A DNA stretch of 64,000 bases. Origin: a virus. Of the stretch, positions 11,371 through 22,663 are shown one piece after another. A model generated the notes under the pieces. That model was not told the DNA's origin. It searched no databases and saw only the letters and a list, made by a program, of their open reading frames with translations. The stretch lies in the IMG/VR virus record IMGVR_UViG_3300037549_000096; one strand, given 5' to 3'. How positions within the stretch are numbered: position 1 is the first letter of the stretch; each line of letters begins with the position of its first letter. A program made the translations under genes and the position numbers.

Positions 11371-11387
11371 ATACTTCTTATAACAGA
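11371..11387 (-). promoter_or_regulatory. putative phage promoter motif TCTGnTATAAGAAGTAT, copy 2
   Basis: near-identical to 4742-4758; sits just downstream of a terminator. Confidence 0.5.
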
Positions 11388-11413
11388 TTATTATATGAAA
11401 TTACAATAAAATA

Positions 11414-11442
11414 GAGCCTAACACAAGCTACGTGTTAGGCTC
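11414..11442 (-). terminator. intrinsic terminator
   Basis: gagcctaacac-7nt-gtgttaggctc perfect 11-bp stem with a TATTTTATT tail on the minus strand. Confidence 0.75.
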
Positions 11443-11463
11443 CTTTGATGAACATTCACGCGG

Positions 11464-11931
11464 TTAACGGGGAGGCGACTGATATTCGTATAAAATAAGA
11501 TTATTTAAGTTTACGTTATTTAACAATGGAATAACCATGTTCTTAGTTAGACCGCCATAGCCTATACCTGGAATTGGTAAATGGAAAAAGGTATGTTTAT
11601 GATTATTGGCAAATTCTTCAAGCTTGTTTAAAGAACCTACTACTAGACTTATCGGGGTTTTATTCAAATAATGAGTCTTTGTCTGAAACGCGAAGATATT
11701 ATAGGTTAAATATCTTACAATAGCTAAATAATAGGGATTATCTAATTTTTGAATTTCTTCTGCTATTGCTAAATCAAGATTAGGCATGTAATCTCGAAAA
11801 GCTTTCGCATTTCCCGCGCCCATAACTAATCGTTCTTGACGAATGATAGCGTTTGCAGTAAAACCAAAATAGTCTTCATTATTAAGATAGTTTAAAATAT
11901 TATCACGAATAATTGGATGCTTTGATATCAT
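11464..11931 (-). CDS. macro-domain-like (ADP-ribose binding/hydrolase) protein
   Basis: TAN...LVMGAGNAKAF, FQTK.HY, LPIPGIGYGGL resemble macro/DarG-type signatures. Confidence 0.7.
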   Translation of the reverse strand: MISKHPIIRDNILNYLNNEDYFGFTANAIIRQERLVMGAGNAKAFRDYMPNLDLAIAEEIQKLDNPYYLAIVRYLTYNIFAFQTKTHYLNKTPISLVVGSLNKLEEFANNHKHTFFHLPIPGIGYGGLTKNMVIPLLNNVNLNNLILYEYQSPPR

Positions 11932-12563
11932 ATAATTGGGTCCAGTAGCCCAAACGGATATTGATTCGGACCTGTAAACATGAACCTTTTGGACACTCTG
12001 ATCTTATGATCATAAATAACTTTATCTAAATCTTCATCCGTAACACTTGTTCTTTTAGTGACGATCATTGGTACAGGATAGCGTACAATAGGGAATTTTT
12101 CCCAAATTTTCAAGGTCATATCGTATTCAGGCATAAAACTATTATTGTCAAATCTTAACAGGTAATCAACGATCTTACGATTGTAGAAAATCGGTTTTCT
12201 TACTGGATTAATACCTAACATGTTCTCATCGGTATTAGGTAAAAGACTAAATGGATTTAACTTGCCGTTACGTTGATTAATCGAATCTGCATAAATAAGA
12301 CCAAACGATTTATATTTTAAAAATTCAAAGAAACCTTCAAATATATTTGATAGGTAATAATCACTTGAATCAATAATCGTAAATATTGGATTATTACAAT
12401 ATTGCAATGCGACGTTATATGTTGATCCAGGCGTTTCAATTAATGTAGGATTATTAGACAAGTATAATGTATGTAAGGAAATTCTTGGATCACTAGGTAA
12501 ACTACTTAAACATCTGTTTAAGTAAGGATCGTTTTCTTTGGTAATTATTAAAACATCGATCAT
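11928..12563 (-). CDS. glycosyltransferase family 2-like protein
   Basis: IDVLIIT...YLNRCLSSL; YNVAL...IFTIIDSSDY (DxxD); EYDMTLKI. Confidence 0.65.
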   Translation of the reverse strand: MIDVLIITKENDPYLNRCLSSLPSDPRISLHTLYLSNNPTLIETPGSTYNVALQYCNNPIFTIIDSSDYYLSNIFEGFFEFLKYKSFGLIYADSINQRNGKLNPFSLLPNTDENMLGINPVRKPIFYNRKIVDYLLRFDNNSFMPEYDMTLKIWEKFPIVRYPVPMIVTKRTSVTDEDLDKVIYDHKIRVSKRFMFTGPNQYPFGLLDPII

Positions 12564-15500
12564 ACAATAGCGTTAGGAGAAAGAGTGCAACCGCTATTAC
12601 TACCACCGTTATAAACGCCGGAACCTAGTGTATTACTAGAACCATCATTTCCGGTTACAGTAGCGTTAAGGGCATGAGAAACTTCTATACCATAACCATG
12701 ATTACTAGAACAATGATTACCAATCACAGTAAAGTTCTCTGTTCCATAATAAGAACTAGTATATTCACCAAGTTCAATACCGTTACTAGCATTGCTATTA
12801 GAAGTACAACCAGTTATAGAAGAATTAATTGTAGAATCATTGCAATAGATACCTTGAAGACCATTTCCGTTAGTTGTACAGTTAGTAAGAGTTACATTAG
12901 AAGTATTATGTAAATCACGACCACCAGTTGAAATACCACAACCAAGATTATTGGAAGCTGTTACTCCTGTGATAGCGATATTACTAACCGTTTGAGTAAC
13001 ATTAGGCTCAAGATCAATACCACCACCCGCACCAGCTAAACCACCATTATTTGAATAAATACCACCAGTAACCGTCATGCCATTAGCAGAAACAACAGAC
13101 ATTCCTGAACGCCAATTATGCTGGCAGTTACAGTCATTTATTGTTGTATTGGTAGCATTATTATCAACGAGAATGCCATCACCCCAGGCATAGGAACAAT
13201 TTACGTTATTCAATGTTATATTGTTTGTTCCGTAAAGATAAATACAAGTTCCGTCTTGTCCATCTGAAGAAGAAGAATGGTGAGTTGGATACGGGCTATC
13301 ACCTACGAAATTACCACCATTAATCGTTACGTTAGAGCTACTTGCGAATGTAAAAATAGTATAAGCATCAAAATTATTAACAAATACTTTAAGAGTTGCA
13401 CCAGAAGTTAAATCAAGAGTCATGCTACGACCACCTGATAAGTTTTGTGCAGGTCGTAAACCAGAATGACTTGAACTAAAATTAGAATTAATCATATAAA
13501 TGCCAGGAGGAAAGATAACTGTTCCTCCTATAGCGGCTACAGCATCACAACACGCTTGAATTGCGGCTGAATCATCGGTAATACCATTACCAGTAGCATT
13601 GTAAGGTGAATCTTTAACACTAGTACCAGTAGGTGCTGTTGTTAAAGTAATTACAGCATTTGCTAATTTAGTATTATCTTGAACACTAGTTGCTGTAACA
13701 GAATCCGCAACACCACTAGCAGGCGCAGTATACAAACCATTACTTGTAATCGTTCCATGTAAACAAGTCCATGTTACGGTGGTATTAAAGGAACCATTAC
13801 CTGTTACTGTATCGATAAACTGTTGAGATTCATTAAAATAAACAGTTGTAGAAGATGGATTAATTGAAACACTAGTAATACTAGAAACACTACTTGCTGT
13901 CTGGAATGTATTATCACCTGAAATACTTATATTACCTAATTGATCGGCTGATTTGACTTTATAATGATAAAGTGTATTGGGAGTCAATCCGCTTAAATGT
14001 TGTTCATGAGAAGAATAGTTAAAACTTAATTCAGGAGTACTTAATAGATTATAAGTAAGATCAGTACTATACATGACTTGACCAGTACCTACTTCACTCA
14101 AATCCCAGGCAATATCAATACTTGTTTCAGCTAAATTTAAATAATGGACATTAGTAATAAGAGGACCAGTAGCTACACTTGTTACATTAATAGTAACTGT
14201 AGCATATTTAGAAGTATCCGCAACACTTATAGCTGAAATTACACGAGCGCCAGCATTAACAGGAGCCAGATAAGTAACAGTATCACTATTACCATTTAAT
14301 TCAGTAATTGTACCAACTGTACTATTACCATTAGGAATACCATCAACTGTCCAAGTTACGTTTGTATTAGAAATACCAGTTACTATTGCTGTAAGAGCTA
14401 ATTCTTGACTTGTATTAATAGTTTGAGGACCACTTGGAGATAAAGCCACACTAGCCTCCACATTAATAGTAATAGAAGAAGTTCCTGATTTAGTATTATC
14501 TTGATAAGATGTAGCTGTAATTGTATCAGTAGTGCCAGTTAAAGGTGCTGTATAAAGACCACTACTATTAATTGTTCCATAAATACAAGACCAACTAACT
14601 ACATGACTAAATGGACCTGTTCCTGTAACCGTAGCAGTAAATTGATGCGTTGTTCCTGAATTAATTGTATAAGATGAAGGAGCTACTGTAACACCTGTAA
14701 TAGCGGCACCAACAGGATTACCCATACAAAATTGATAATGACTTAAAGAAGGAAACCCTAAATTAGTTGGAATATACATGAATTCACTATCAGTAAAATT
14801 GAAAACACTAAAACCATTTGCTACATAAGCTGTTATATCATTTAAAATATATTGTGAAAGAATATCTGAAAAACCAGTAGTAACCGTAAAAGGTGAGTTA
14901 ACTAAACTAATAATATCACAATAACCACTTACTGAATTATAAGCAGCTTTATAGACATTAAAAGTACAAGCAACATTACATGTATAATAATCACCTACTA
15001 TTAATCCTGTTGAAGAAGCGCCTTGCATGACACCTAAATAAATACCATCGTCTTGAAAACTGTATCTGACAATTTGACTAAAGGTTTCATTAGTAGGAGT
15101 TAATGTATTAAATACTTGCTGACTCCACGTAACGCCTAAATCTTTTGATTGAAGATTTAATCCAAGTTGTATTGATGTAAAACTAGTTATTAGACTTGGA
15201 TCAAAATAATCTACGGCTATTGTGTATACGTATACATTGCCACATTTTTTGAAATAAGATTTATCTTGAGTTATTTTAGTAAAATGATTATCAGATGTAA
15301 AAATAGGCGTTTTATCATCAATTAAGTTTCGACTGGTAGAAATCATAGTTCTAACAATATTACCATTATCTATAATTGTTCCAGCTATCGTATCTACGAT
15401 AAAAAATACGCTATTAATCACACCAATAATGTTTGCATAGTTAGTAGCTATAGGAGTCCACGTTGTAAAATCAACCGAAGAAACATATATAACATTTAAA

Positions 15501-16555
15501 TCGCTTATATATAAATAAGCATAACCTGTTTCTTCGTCAAACATTATTGAATTACTAAAAATAACATTAAATACATTAGAGAAACTAGTTGTTAATTCAG
15601 TATAAGTAATAAAATCAGTAGTTGTTACTACGTACAAATGTCCTGTATTACCGGCTGAAGATGAAATAGAATCTACTATAAATAAATAGTAGGTACTTAA
15701 TATTTTACGAATAGCTAGTATTTGACCAACATAAGGAACAACAAATAAACTAAATGGTTTACATCCATCTACGAAAGTTTGATCACCTTGAGAAACGATT
15801 AATACATTACCATTAGAATTAAAAATATTAATATTATCTTTTTCATATAATACTCTAAGATTAGAACCTACAAATTGATCGAGATTAGTATTAATTTTAT
15901 AAAGATGATTTGGTAAAGGTTCATTAAGGATGGTTTTTTCTACTAAACTAAACGCATCATTAGTAGCGCCTAATTCTAAATCATTACGATTATTAAAACA
16001 TGTATAAAATAAAGAATCATAAACACCTAAAATAGGTGGATAATAAACATTACCGTCACTATCTATACTTGATGGTAATGTTGCAAATTCATTAAATTGA
16101 ATAGAAAGTTTACCGTTTATAATAGAGCCTGGATAATTAACATTATCGGTAGAATTATAAATTTCAGCAGAAATGATTTGTGTATTTAAAATATTAACTC
16201 TATAAATATAATTAGGATTACTAAGTGTAGTTTGTGCAAGAATACCAATAGAACTAGGACCAGAAGCCGTATAAGCTTGAGTTAAAACCGTTAATGTTAA
16301 ACCTTGAGTACCAAAATAAATACTATATAAGGAACTATTAATATTAATATCATTAGTTAATGGAGCATTATAATCAAAATAAAAGAAATTATTAATTCGA
16401 TCATAACGTAAATGACTAGCATAATTAGAAGAAGGAAGAATGACTTTTTTACCTACTTCATACAGGTTGTTTACATAATCACCATAAATAGTAGGAGGAT
16501 AATCATCTGAAGGACAAGGAGAAACATAACTAACATCCCATACAACACTACTCAT
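12560..16555 (-). CDS. large virion surface/receptor-binding protein: N-terminal beta-rich region, Ig-like repeats, FN3-like domain and C-terminal pectin-lyase-like beta-helix
   Basis: SKDLGVTW Asp-box; QFTATVTG..V.W.C..GTI.S.GLYTAP repeats; LSGLTPNTLYHYKVKS; ATGNGITDDSAAIQA...GGTVIFPPGIY followed by parallel beta-helix repeats. Confidence 0.8.
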   Translation of the reverse strand: MSSVVWDVSYVSPCPSDDYPPTIYGDYVNNLYEVGKKVILPSSNYASHLRYDRINNFFYFDYNAPLTNDININSSLYSIYFGTQGLTLTVLTQAYTASGPSSIGILAQTTLSNPNYIYRVNILNTQIISAEIYNSTDNVNYPGSIINGKLSIQFNEFATLPSSIDSDGNVYYPPILGVYDSLFYTCFNNRNDLELGATNDAFSLVEKTILNEPLPNHLYKINTNLDQFVGSNLRVLYEKDNINIFNSNGNVLIVSQGDQTFVDGCKPFSLFVVPYVGQILAIRKILSTYYLFIVDSISSSAGNTGHLYVVTTTDFITYTELTTSFSNVFNVIFSNSIMFDEETGYAYLYISDLNVIYVSSVDFTTWTPIATNYANIIGVINSVFFIVDTIAGTIIDNGNIVRTMISTSRNLIDDKTPIFTSDNHFTKITQDKSYFKKCGNVYVYTIAVDYFDPSLITSFTSIQLGLNLQSKDLGVTWSQQVFNTLTPTNETFSQIVRYSFQDDGIYLGVMQGASSTGLIVGDYYTCNVACTFNVYKAAYNSVSGYCDIISLVNSPFTVTTGFSDILSQYILNDITAYVANGFSVFNFTDSEFMYIPTNLGFPSLSHYQFCMGNPVGAAITGVTVAPSSYTINSGTTHQFTATVTGTGPFSHVVSWSCIYGTINSSGLYTAPLTGTTDTITATSYQDNTKSGTSSITINVEASVALSPSGPQTINTSQELALTAIVTGISNTNVTWTVDGIPNGNSTVGTITELNGNSDTVTYLAPVNAGARVISAISVADTSKYATVTINVTSVATGPLITNVHYLNLAETSIDIAWDLSEVGTGQVMYSTDLTYNLLSTPELSFNYSSHEQHLSGLTPNTLYHYKVKSADQLGNISISGDNTFQTASSVSSITSVSINPSSTTVYFNESQQFIDTVTGNGSFNTTVTWTCLHGTITSNGLYTAPASGVADSVTATSVQDNTKLANAVITLTTAPTGTSVKDSPYNATGNGITDDSAAIQACCDAVAAIGGTVIFPPGIYMINSNFSSSHSGLRPAQNLSGGRSMTLDLTSGATLKVFVNNFDAYTIFTFASSSNVTINGGNFVGDSPYPTHHSSSSDGQDGTCIYLYGTNNITLNNVNCSYAWGDGILVDNNATNTTINDCNCQHNWRSGMSVVSANGMTVTGGIYSNNGGLAGAGGGIDLEPNVTQTVSNIAITGVTASNNLGCGISTGGRDLHNTSNVTLTNCTTNGNGLQGIYCNDSTINSSITGCTSNSNASNGIELGEYTSSYYGTENFTVIGNHCSSNHGYGIEVSHALNATVTGNDGSSNTLGSGVYNGGSNSGCTLSPNAIV

Positions 16556-17550
16556 TCACCGCCTCCATGATAGGGTGCAGATATAATTAAATCTAAACCA
16601 AATGTTTCACGTATACCCGCTGTAGCATAAACGGCAAACTGTCTATTATTCTCAAGTGATAATTCTATATATTGATTAGAGTTTGCTATACTTACATTTT
16701 CTGTTTGTGCGGTTAAATCAATGGTTCTAAAAAAGAAGTTAATAGAATGATCAGACTGAAATACATAAAGCATATCATGTATAGTATTATCGATAACATA
16801 TTGAGTAAATGATAAATCTATTGGATCTGTATCATAACCTGACGTATCATAAGGTGCAGGTGTAGGTAAATTCCATGTATATTTTAATGTTAATGTGTTA
16901 TTAGTATAATCTAAGATATATGCATAAAATAAACTACTATTTGTTTGATCATAAGTTAATATAGATAAAATATTACCTGTATAATCTTTTTTAGAAACTA
17001 TCAGATAACCTGCTAGAATAATCGTATTACTTAAAGAACCTGTAGACCAATCTTCTATAATCATAGTTCCGTCATTGTTATTACGTACAATAAAGAAACC
17101 ACCATCATTTAACGCTATAATAGCTAGTACATTAAAAATATCAACAAAAGCTATATTCCATGTAGTTGTATTATAAGTACTAATATTTCGTGATAACAAT
17201 GTACCTTGTGTACCTAATACATAAATTTTTGAGTTAGATGCAGCTATATACTCTGCGTATTCTATTGTATCGTTATTGGTCATAAAAATAGAATAATCAC
17301 CCACAATAGAAGGTGATTGATTTAAATAATTAGTTCTAATAACTGTATTACTATACTTGTCGGTATAATAGACGTTGTTTTTATTAACGGTATCTCCTAA
17401 ATTCATATTAGCTAAGATATTTGGTAAACCATTATCAGGAAAAGAAACAATAGATGATCCTGGCATAAAGAACCAATACGGTTTACGTTCCTTTTTTAGT
17501 TGAAAAGGGTTTAAGTTTGAGTTTGGGTTAATGAAAAATTCTTGAGTCAT
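16552..17550 (-). CDS. beta-rich hypothetical (probably structural) protein
   Basis: N/T/Y/I-rich composition; coupled to the 1331-aa gene. Confidence 0.6.
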   Translation of the reverse strand: MTQEFFINPNSNLNPFQLKKERKPYWFFMPGSSIVSFPDNGLPNILANMNLGDTVNKNNVYYTDKYSNTVIRTNYLNQSPSIVGDYSIFMTNNDTIEYAEYIAASNSKIYVLGTQGTLLSRNISTYNTTTWNIAFVDIFNVLAIIALNDGGFFIVRNNNDGTMIIEDWSTGSLSNTIILAGYLIVSKKDYTGNILSILTYDQTNSSLFYAYILDYTNNTLTLKYTWNLPTPAPYDTSGYDTDPIDLSFTQYVIDNTIHDMLYVFQSDHSINFFFRTIDLTAQTENVSIANSNQYIELSLENNRQFAVYATAGIRETFGLDLIISAPYHGGGE

Positions 17551-17726
17551 TTCACTTTCTTTTTAGTTTTCTTACTATTAAGAATAGTTATAAATGGCAT
17601 TTTGAAATTCTTAATAAGAGTAGCCTCTTTAGCCAAAAACATCTTTTTAGCTTTAAAGTTTTTAATCGGGATCATCTGACACCTGTTTAATGATTATGTC
17701 AGATGGAAGGGTTATTGTCAATAAGG

Positions 17727-18110
17727 TTAAACTTTATCTGGTTTAGCTATTCTTAGATCAATAAAACCGATTGGATTACGTTCTTTGTCATATTTTTCGT
17801 TTGCCCATGAACGTTGTTGTATTTGAAAATCAATAGGTAAGCCCGTCATTTTTGTACCTAACGCTGAGAAAGCCATAACTAAAGCGACCCACTTACCATT
17901 ACGGTGTGGGTCTTTTGGATTACCTAATTTTAAGGCTTCATATTCTTCGTCATCTAATATTAAACGAACATCAACATCACGCCATTGTTTGCCATATAAA
18001 GCTGAACCTACTAAATAAGCCGGTTTACCAAATGCTGACCATACTTGTGAACCAAATTCATCTAAATGTAGAATTGCTGGCATTCCTATACCGATATTTA
18101 TTTTGGGCAT
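17727..18110 (-). CDS. minimal nucleotidyltransferase (pol-beta superfamily)
   Basis: AYLVGSALYGKQWRDVDV (GS-x7-DxD) and a later IDFQI aspartate. Confidence 0.75.
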   Translation of the reverse strand: MPKINIGIGMPAILHLDEFGSQVWSAFGKPAYLVGSALYGKQWRDVDVRLILDDEEYEALKLGNPKDPHRNGKWVALVMAFSALGTKMTGLPIDFQIQQRSWANEKYDKERNPIGFIDLRIAKPDKV

Positions 18111-18609
18111 TGATTAGCCTCTAAAAGATTCATTAAATGTCTTATTTTCGTTTCATGTTTCTTTTCTTCGGATTGTATTTTTTCAAGAATTGCTTCTTTT
18201 AAATGTGATTTAGCCTCTTCTTCGGTTTGATATGATTTTTCTTTCTTTAGAGTATTAGTATAAATTTTATCAATATAAATTCTAGCTGAATAAATATTAA
18301 CGTCAATTTCTATATAATAATAACTTAGATCTTTTCTAATAGGTTTAGAGCAATTACATGGTAAATTGCCACATGTTTCACAACACATTTCTGAGAAATA
18401 GTGCCCCATGTTATTGTCCTACTAAATGATAAAACGATTTACTAGTTACTGTAAGAATTCCTCGCTTAATCAATCCTTTAAGTGGTCGTTCTACTTCATG
18501 CCAATCCCATCCAGCACACCAATTCGCTTTTAAAGTTATACCAATATAAACGTGTTTACCACCTTGTTCTTTAATATAATTTAAAATGATTTCTTGATTT
18601 TTAGATAGT

Positions 18610-18924
18610 TTAATCTTCTTCATAATATCTAACTCTTTCAGGTAATTCAGGTAAATCTACTGTTTGTCCAGCTAATTCATGTGTACAATCAGTTAAAAAT
18701 TGAATTTGACCATCTTTAACAAATGAATGACAACGTGCAGTAGGAATACCACCTGAACATGATACTAGAACAGATGGATAAAACGTAGGTTTATCTACAT
18801 TTTGATTGTATTCCCATTTATGTTCGCCTTCAATACGAACGTTATGAGATTCGTTACAACCTGGGCACCAAAAGAAGATGTTGTTATCTTGTGTTTGAAA
18901 TAGAATTTTAGATAGGCGTTTCAT
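18610..18924 (-). CDS. DUF6527-like Cys/His metal-binding protein
   Basis: FWCPGCNESH...PTFYPSVL...CHSFVKDGQIQFLTDCTHELAGQT. Confidence 0.75.
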   Translation of the reverse strand: MKRLSKILFQTQDNNIFFWCPGCNESHNVRIEGEHKWEYNQNVDKPTFYPSVLVSCSGGIPTARCHSFVKDGQIQFLTDCTHELAGQTVDLPELPERVRYYEED

Positions 18925-20364
18925 AAAAGATTATGCTCCTTACAATATTCTAATGCTGCGTTTGATGGACCTTCAATCCATTCTTTTTCGATTTCTTGTT
19001 CTGTCCATACTTTTCCATTAGGATCAGAACCAGTTAAGTTCTTCATTGCTTCACAAACAGGGCAATAATCATTATTAGATATTAAATATAAACCACCACA
19101 TTTTAATGCTTGATTTACTATCATCCAATGACAATTCATTAATGGATCATAAGGCGCTTCTTTACATTTTAATTCTTCCGTAAGTCTAACCGCTGCTTCA
19201 TTGCCGCTTTTAGCTACTAAATGCATTAAATTTCTATCTTCGATAGCTTTTCTTAACATAGTCCAGTGATTATCACAAAATTTCATTAAAGTCTCCTATC
19301 ACCTTTACTTAATTTTAACACTTGTTCTTCTAATATTGCAACTCTTTGTTCTAACGTCATTTTCTTTAAAGTCTCTAATCTATTTAAATCTCTAGCATTT
19401 TCACAACCAGAACATCGACCATCACTAGAATGTGGCATTACACATTTACATGTGTTACAGAAAATGTTTGTCATGTTACTACCTCCGCTTCTGTGTTTAA
19501 CTTAACGTCTATTGTTACTTCAGCGTATGGAATTGCGGCTCTTGTACTTGATGAATTGGTACTAATATAAATTTTTACAGCATCTACATTCTTATGAAGA
19601 AGTTTAGCTTCTTTAACTACTGCATCTAAAATAATTCTATGTAATTCTTGTTCATCTAAACGAGTAAAAAACTGTTTTTTACTAATTGTTGTTTCATGAA
19701 TATTCATTCAATTACCTCCAAATTTCATTAAAGCTTCTACTTTAGTTTCTAAATCTTTAATTCTCTTATTTTTAAATTCCCTATCAAACATTTCTTCCAT
19801 CATTAAAGCTGCTCGTAATGTAGACTCATCGCATAAACAAGTATCCCAAACTACTACACCACCACCAATCTCTGTAGAATAGTAAGTTCGGCCACCTGCT
19901 TCGTTTAGTTTCCAAATTAAAGTGTTGCCGTTAGGTAAAGGGCATTCGCCGGATTCTTGGATTGACATATTAGCTCCTAGTTATTAACGCAACTGATTAC
20001 TCTGTTGATTTTAGATAAAGGAATAACTGTTTGTCTTCTATAAGTTGGAAAAACTTCAGTTACAACAACTTTAGTTTCGGTTAACATTAGATCTAATGTC
20101 ATTCCATCTTTAGGTTCAAATTCTTCTATCTCTCCACCTTCAAATATAATTTGAATTAGAGTGAAAAACATACTAAGGCTCCATATTTTTAAGAAGAGTA
20201 TTTAAAGAAACGAATTTATGCATAGATTCGTGTCCAGGCCAGTAATCGGCTCTAAGACAGAATTGGTTCTTTTCTACATGAAAACAAGGTGGTCCGTTAT
20301 GTCCTAGTAATTGATTCCAATCTACCTCTTCTGAAGCTTTTAGAATTTCTTCTTTGGTTGTCAT
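18921..20364 (-). other. cluster of small hypothetical genes
   Basis: ORF track. Confidence 0.65.
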
Positions 20365-20506
20365 TTAACCTCCATTAATAAAGTAGGCTTAATTGCTTTA
20401 TGTTTTTTGTTACGAGGTTTTTTAGCATTAATAGAATGACCACCACAACAACATTTTTTCTTACTATGATTTTCTGGATCTTTACAATTAGATGAAATAG
20501 CTTTTT

Positions 20507-20965
20507 TCATTCTACTACCTCTACATTATTCTTTAATAATTCGACCGTATTTGTAAAGGCTTGCATTAATACTTCTGGTTTAATGCCTAATGGATAAACT
20601 ATTCCCGTTCGTCCTTTACCTGCCATAACACAATCAACGATCATTTCTAGAACATCGATCAAGTTAACATCGGAAGGGATACCATCATCAACTAGAAGAT
20701 GATGGCGATTAACTTTACGGTGATTGTCCCACCACTCCGTTGTGGCAAAGCCTGTAATGAATTCTTTATGGAAAAGGTCGATTCCTGATACTTTATCATA
20801 ATCATGAAAAGTAATTGCTTTTTCAATTTCGTCTTGAAAGAATTCTAAACCTTTATTTACATCAGTAATATGTTGAATACTACTGTCTAATAATTGTTCT
20901 TTTGTGACATTTTTAAAATCACATGATCTTGTGTCTGCGTTTTTAGAGGGATGGATAATGATCAT
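20507..20965 (-). CDS. HD-domain-like protein (DUF5662-like)
   Basis: H..DV, HDYDK, HRKVNRHH, LIDVLEMIVDC. Confidence 0.65.
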   Translation of the reverse strand: MIIIHPSKNADTRSCDFKNVTKEQLLDSSIQHITDVNKGLEFFQDEIEKAITFHDYDKVSGIDLFHKEFITGFATTEWWDNHRKVNRHHLLVDDGIPSDVNLIDVLEMIVDCVMAGKGRTGIVYPLGIKPEVLMQAFTNTVELLKNNVEVVE

Positions 20966-21537
20966 TTAGTTTCTCCTGATTGATTACATGATTCAAAGGA
21001 TACTATTTTACCTTTATAAAATACTACATTAGTATAAACTAAACTTATATCTTTTCCAGCAAAAACCATTTCAATAATCATTTTATTAACAGTTACCTTA
21101 TCTTCGTTTAACATTCTATAAGTTAGCTGGTTCATTATTATCTCCCATGAATGTATCTAGTTATTGTGTCTATACAATACTGTTTTTGATTAATTTGTTC
21201 TCTAATATCATTCTTATATAGATACATTGTTCGTTCTGTAAAACCTACATAATCAATCGCAAATTTATCATCATGATCTTCAACGTATGTTAATTTATAA
21301 TATCTATTATGAATGTTAAAATTTTGAGGTAGATATTGTCGTAATTCTTGGGGAGTTATCATTCTTTATCGCTCCTATAAGGATAATAAAGCTGATTAAC
21401 CATTATTGTAAGTTTTTCTACTTGAGATTTAAGATCATCTATTTGTTGTAATAAAATTGGATCTAAATGCTTTTTAGGAATCTTAGATAATTCATAAGCG
21501 GCACAATTTTTAATCATATCATCGTTTTGTGCCATAA

Positions 21538-22443
21538 TTAATACTCCAAACTTAAATCATCAGAAATAAGATCGGAATTTTCTTTCTTAAATAAGAGATC
21601 AGCTTTTCGCCAAGCGTTTAAATAAGGTAGATCGCATCTTTTTGTGTGTTGTTTAATAATTGCATAATTTTCTCTAATATAGCTCATTTTAACCTTTTTT
21701 AAAGTTAGAGGAAGCTTTTCGTATTCTGAAAGATTTAATCCAAGGAGTATTAGGTCTTTAGCTCTAATTGCGGCGCGTAAGCCTTGAACTGATGGTTTTA
21801 GATACATAGCATTATGTTTTGGTGTTGCCTTAAGGAATTTGCCTTCGATTGGGAAGGTGCCGGTGTAAATATAATATTCAATCAGGCAGTTATTACTGCA
21901 AATTTTACGTTCTTCGATAGGTAGCGACTCCCAATCTTTTTTCTTTCCTTGCGTGGTTGTCTTATCTTTTATAGCTAGGTAGATCGGGCCAAAATGATTG
22001 AAATAGGGTAAGTGTTCATAGAAAAAGTCCGATTCCATCTTGTAAGCGTTAATAGGTGCAAGTAGCGTATCTGGTATGAGTTGTGAAGTATCCAAGAAGT
22101 TCATGCAATCTATTTTTGGTGTATACGCTTTCCTATAAGATGCTACCTTTAGCATGTTCTTTTGAGACTGTTTCACTCCCAAAGCTATCCTTCTGGTGCG
22201 TGTGTAGAGGCTTTTTGATAGGTCGGCTAGTTTAGGAAAGTAAGCTTGAGCGTGACTAATAAAGAACATCGCATCAAAGTCTTTAAATAAGAATAAAGGA
22301 ATAAAGAAACGAAAGTCCTTTGTTTCTTCTACTATATTAAAGAGTTTTTCAATACGATTATGATTCCTCATATCTTCATATGTATTCATACGATAATAAA
22401 TTGATTCGAGATTTTGATTAAATTGGATAACGCTCATATTCAT
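21538..22443 (-). CDS. basic hypothetical protein (301 aa)
   Basis: long ORF with an AAGGA RBS; no motif recognised. Confidence 0.7.
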   Translation of the reverse strand: MNMSVIQFNQNLESIYYRMNTYEDMRNHNRIEKLFNIVEETKDFRFFIPLFLFKDFDAMFFISHAQAYFPKLADLSKSLYTRTRRIALGVKQSQKNMLKVASYRKAYTPKIDCMNFLDTSQLIPDTLLAPINAYKMESDFFYEHLPYFNHFGPIYLAIKDKTTTQGKKKDWESLPIEERKICSNNCLIEYYIYTGTFPIEGKFLKATPKHNAMYLKPSVQGLRAAIRAKDLILLGLNLSEYEKLPLTLKKVKMSYIRENYAIIKQHTKRCDLPYLNAWRKADLLFKKENSDLISDDLSLEY

Positions 22444-22663
22444 CCTTTATTCTTTTGTGTCTATTACTTGAAATTCAAATAAATATTTTAAATTAACAAT
22501 ATTTGCATCATTAAAATCTGAATTTGTATCTTTATTAAAAATAATTGAAGCTATGTCATTGTTGTGACTAATTATCTTTGCTATATATAATTTACTTCCT
22601 AGTTGATATAAATATTTTTTCTATCTATAACAATATTTGACGCTAATACCGGAACTAAGATCT

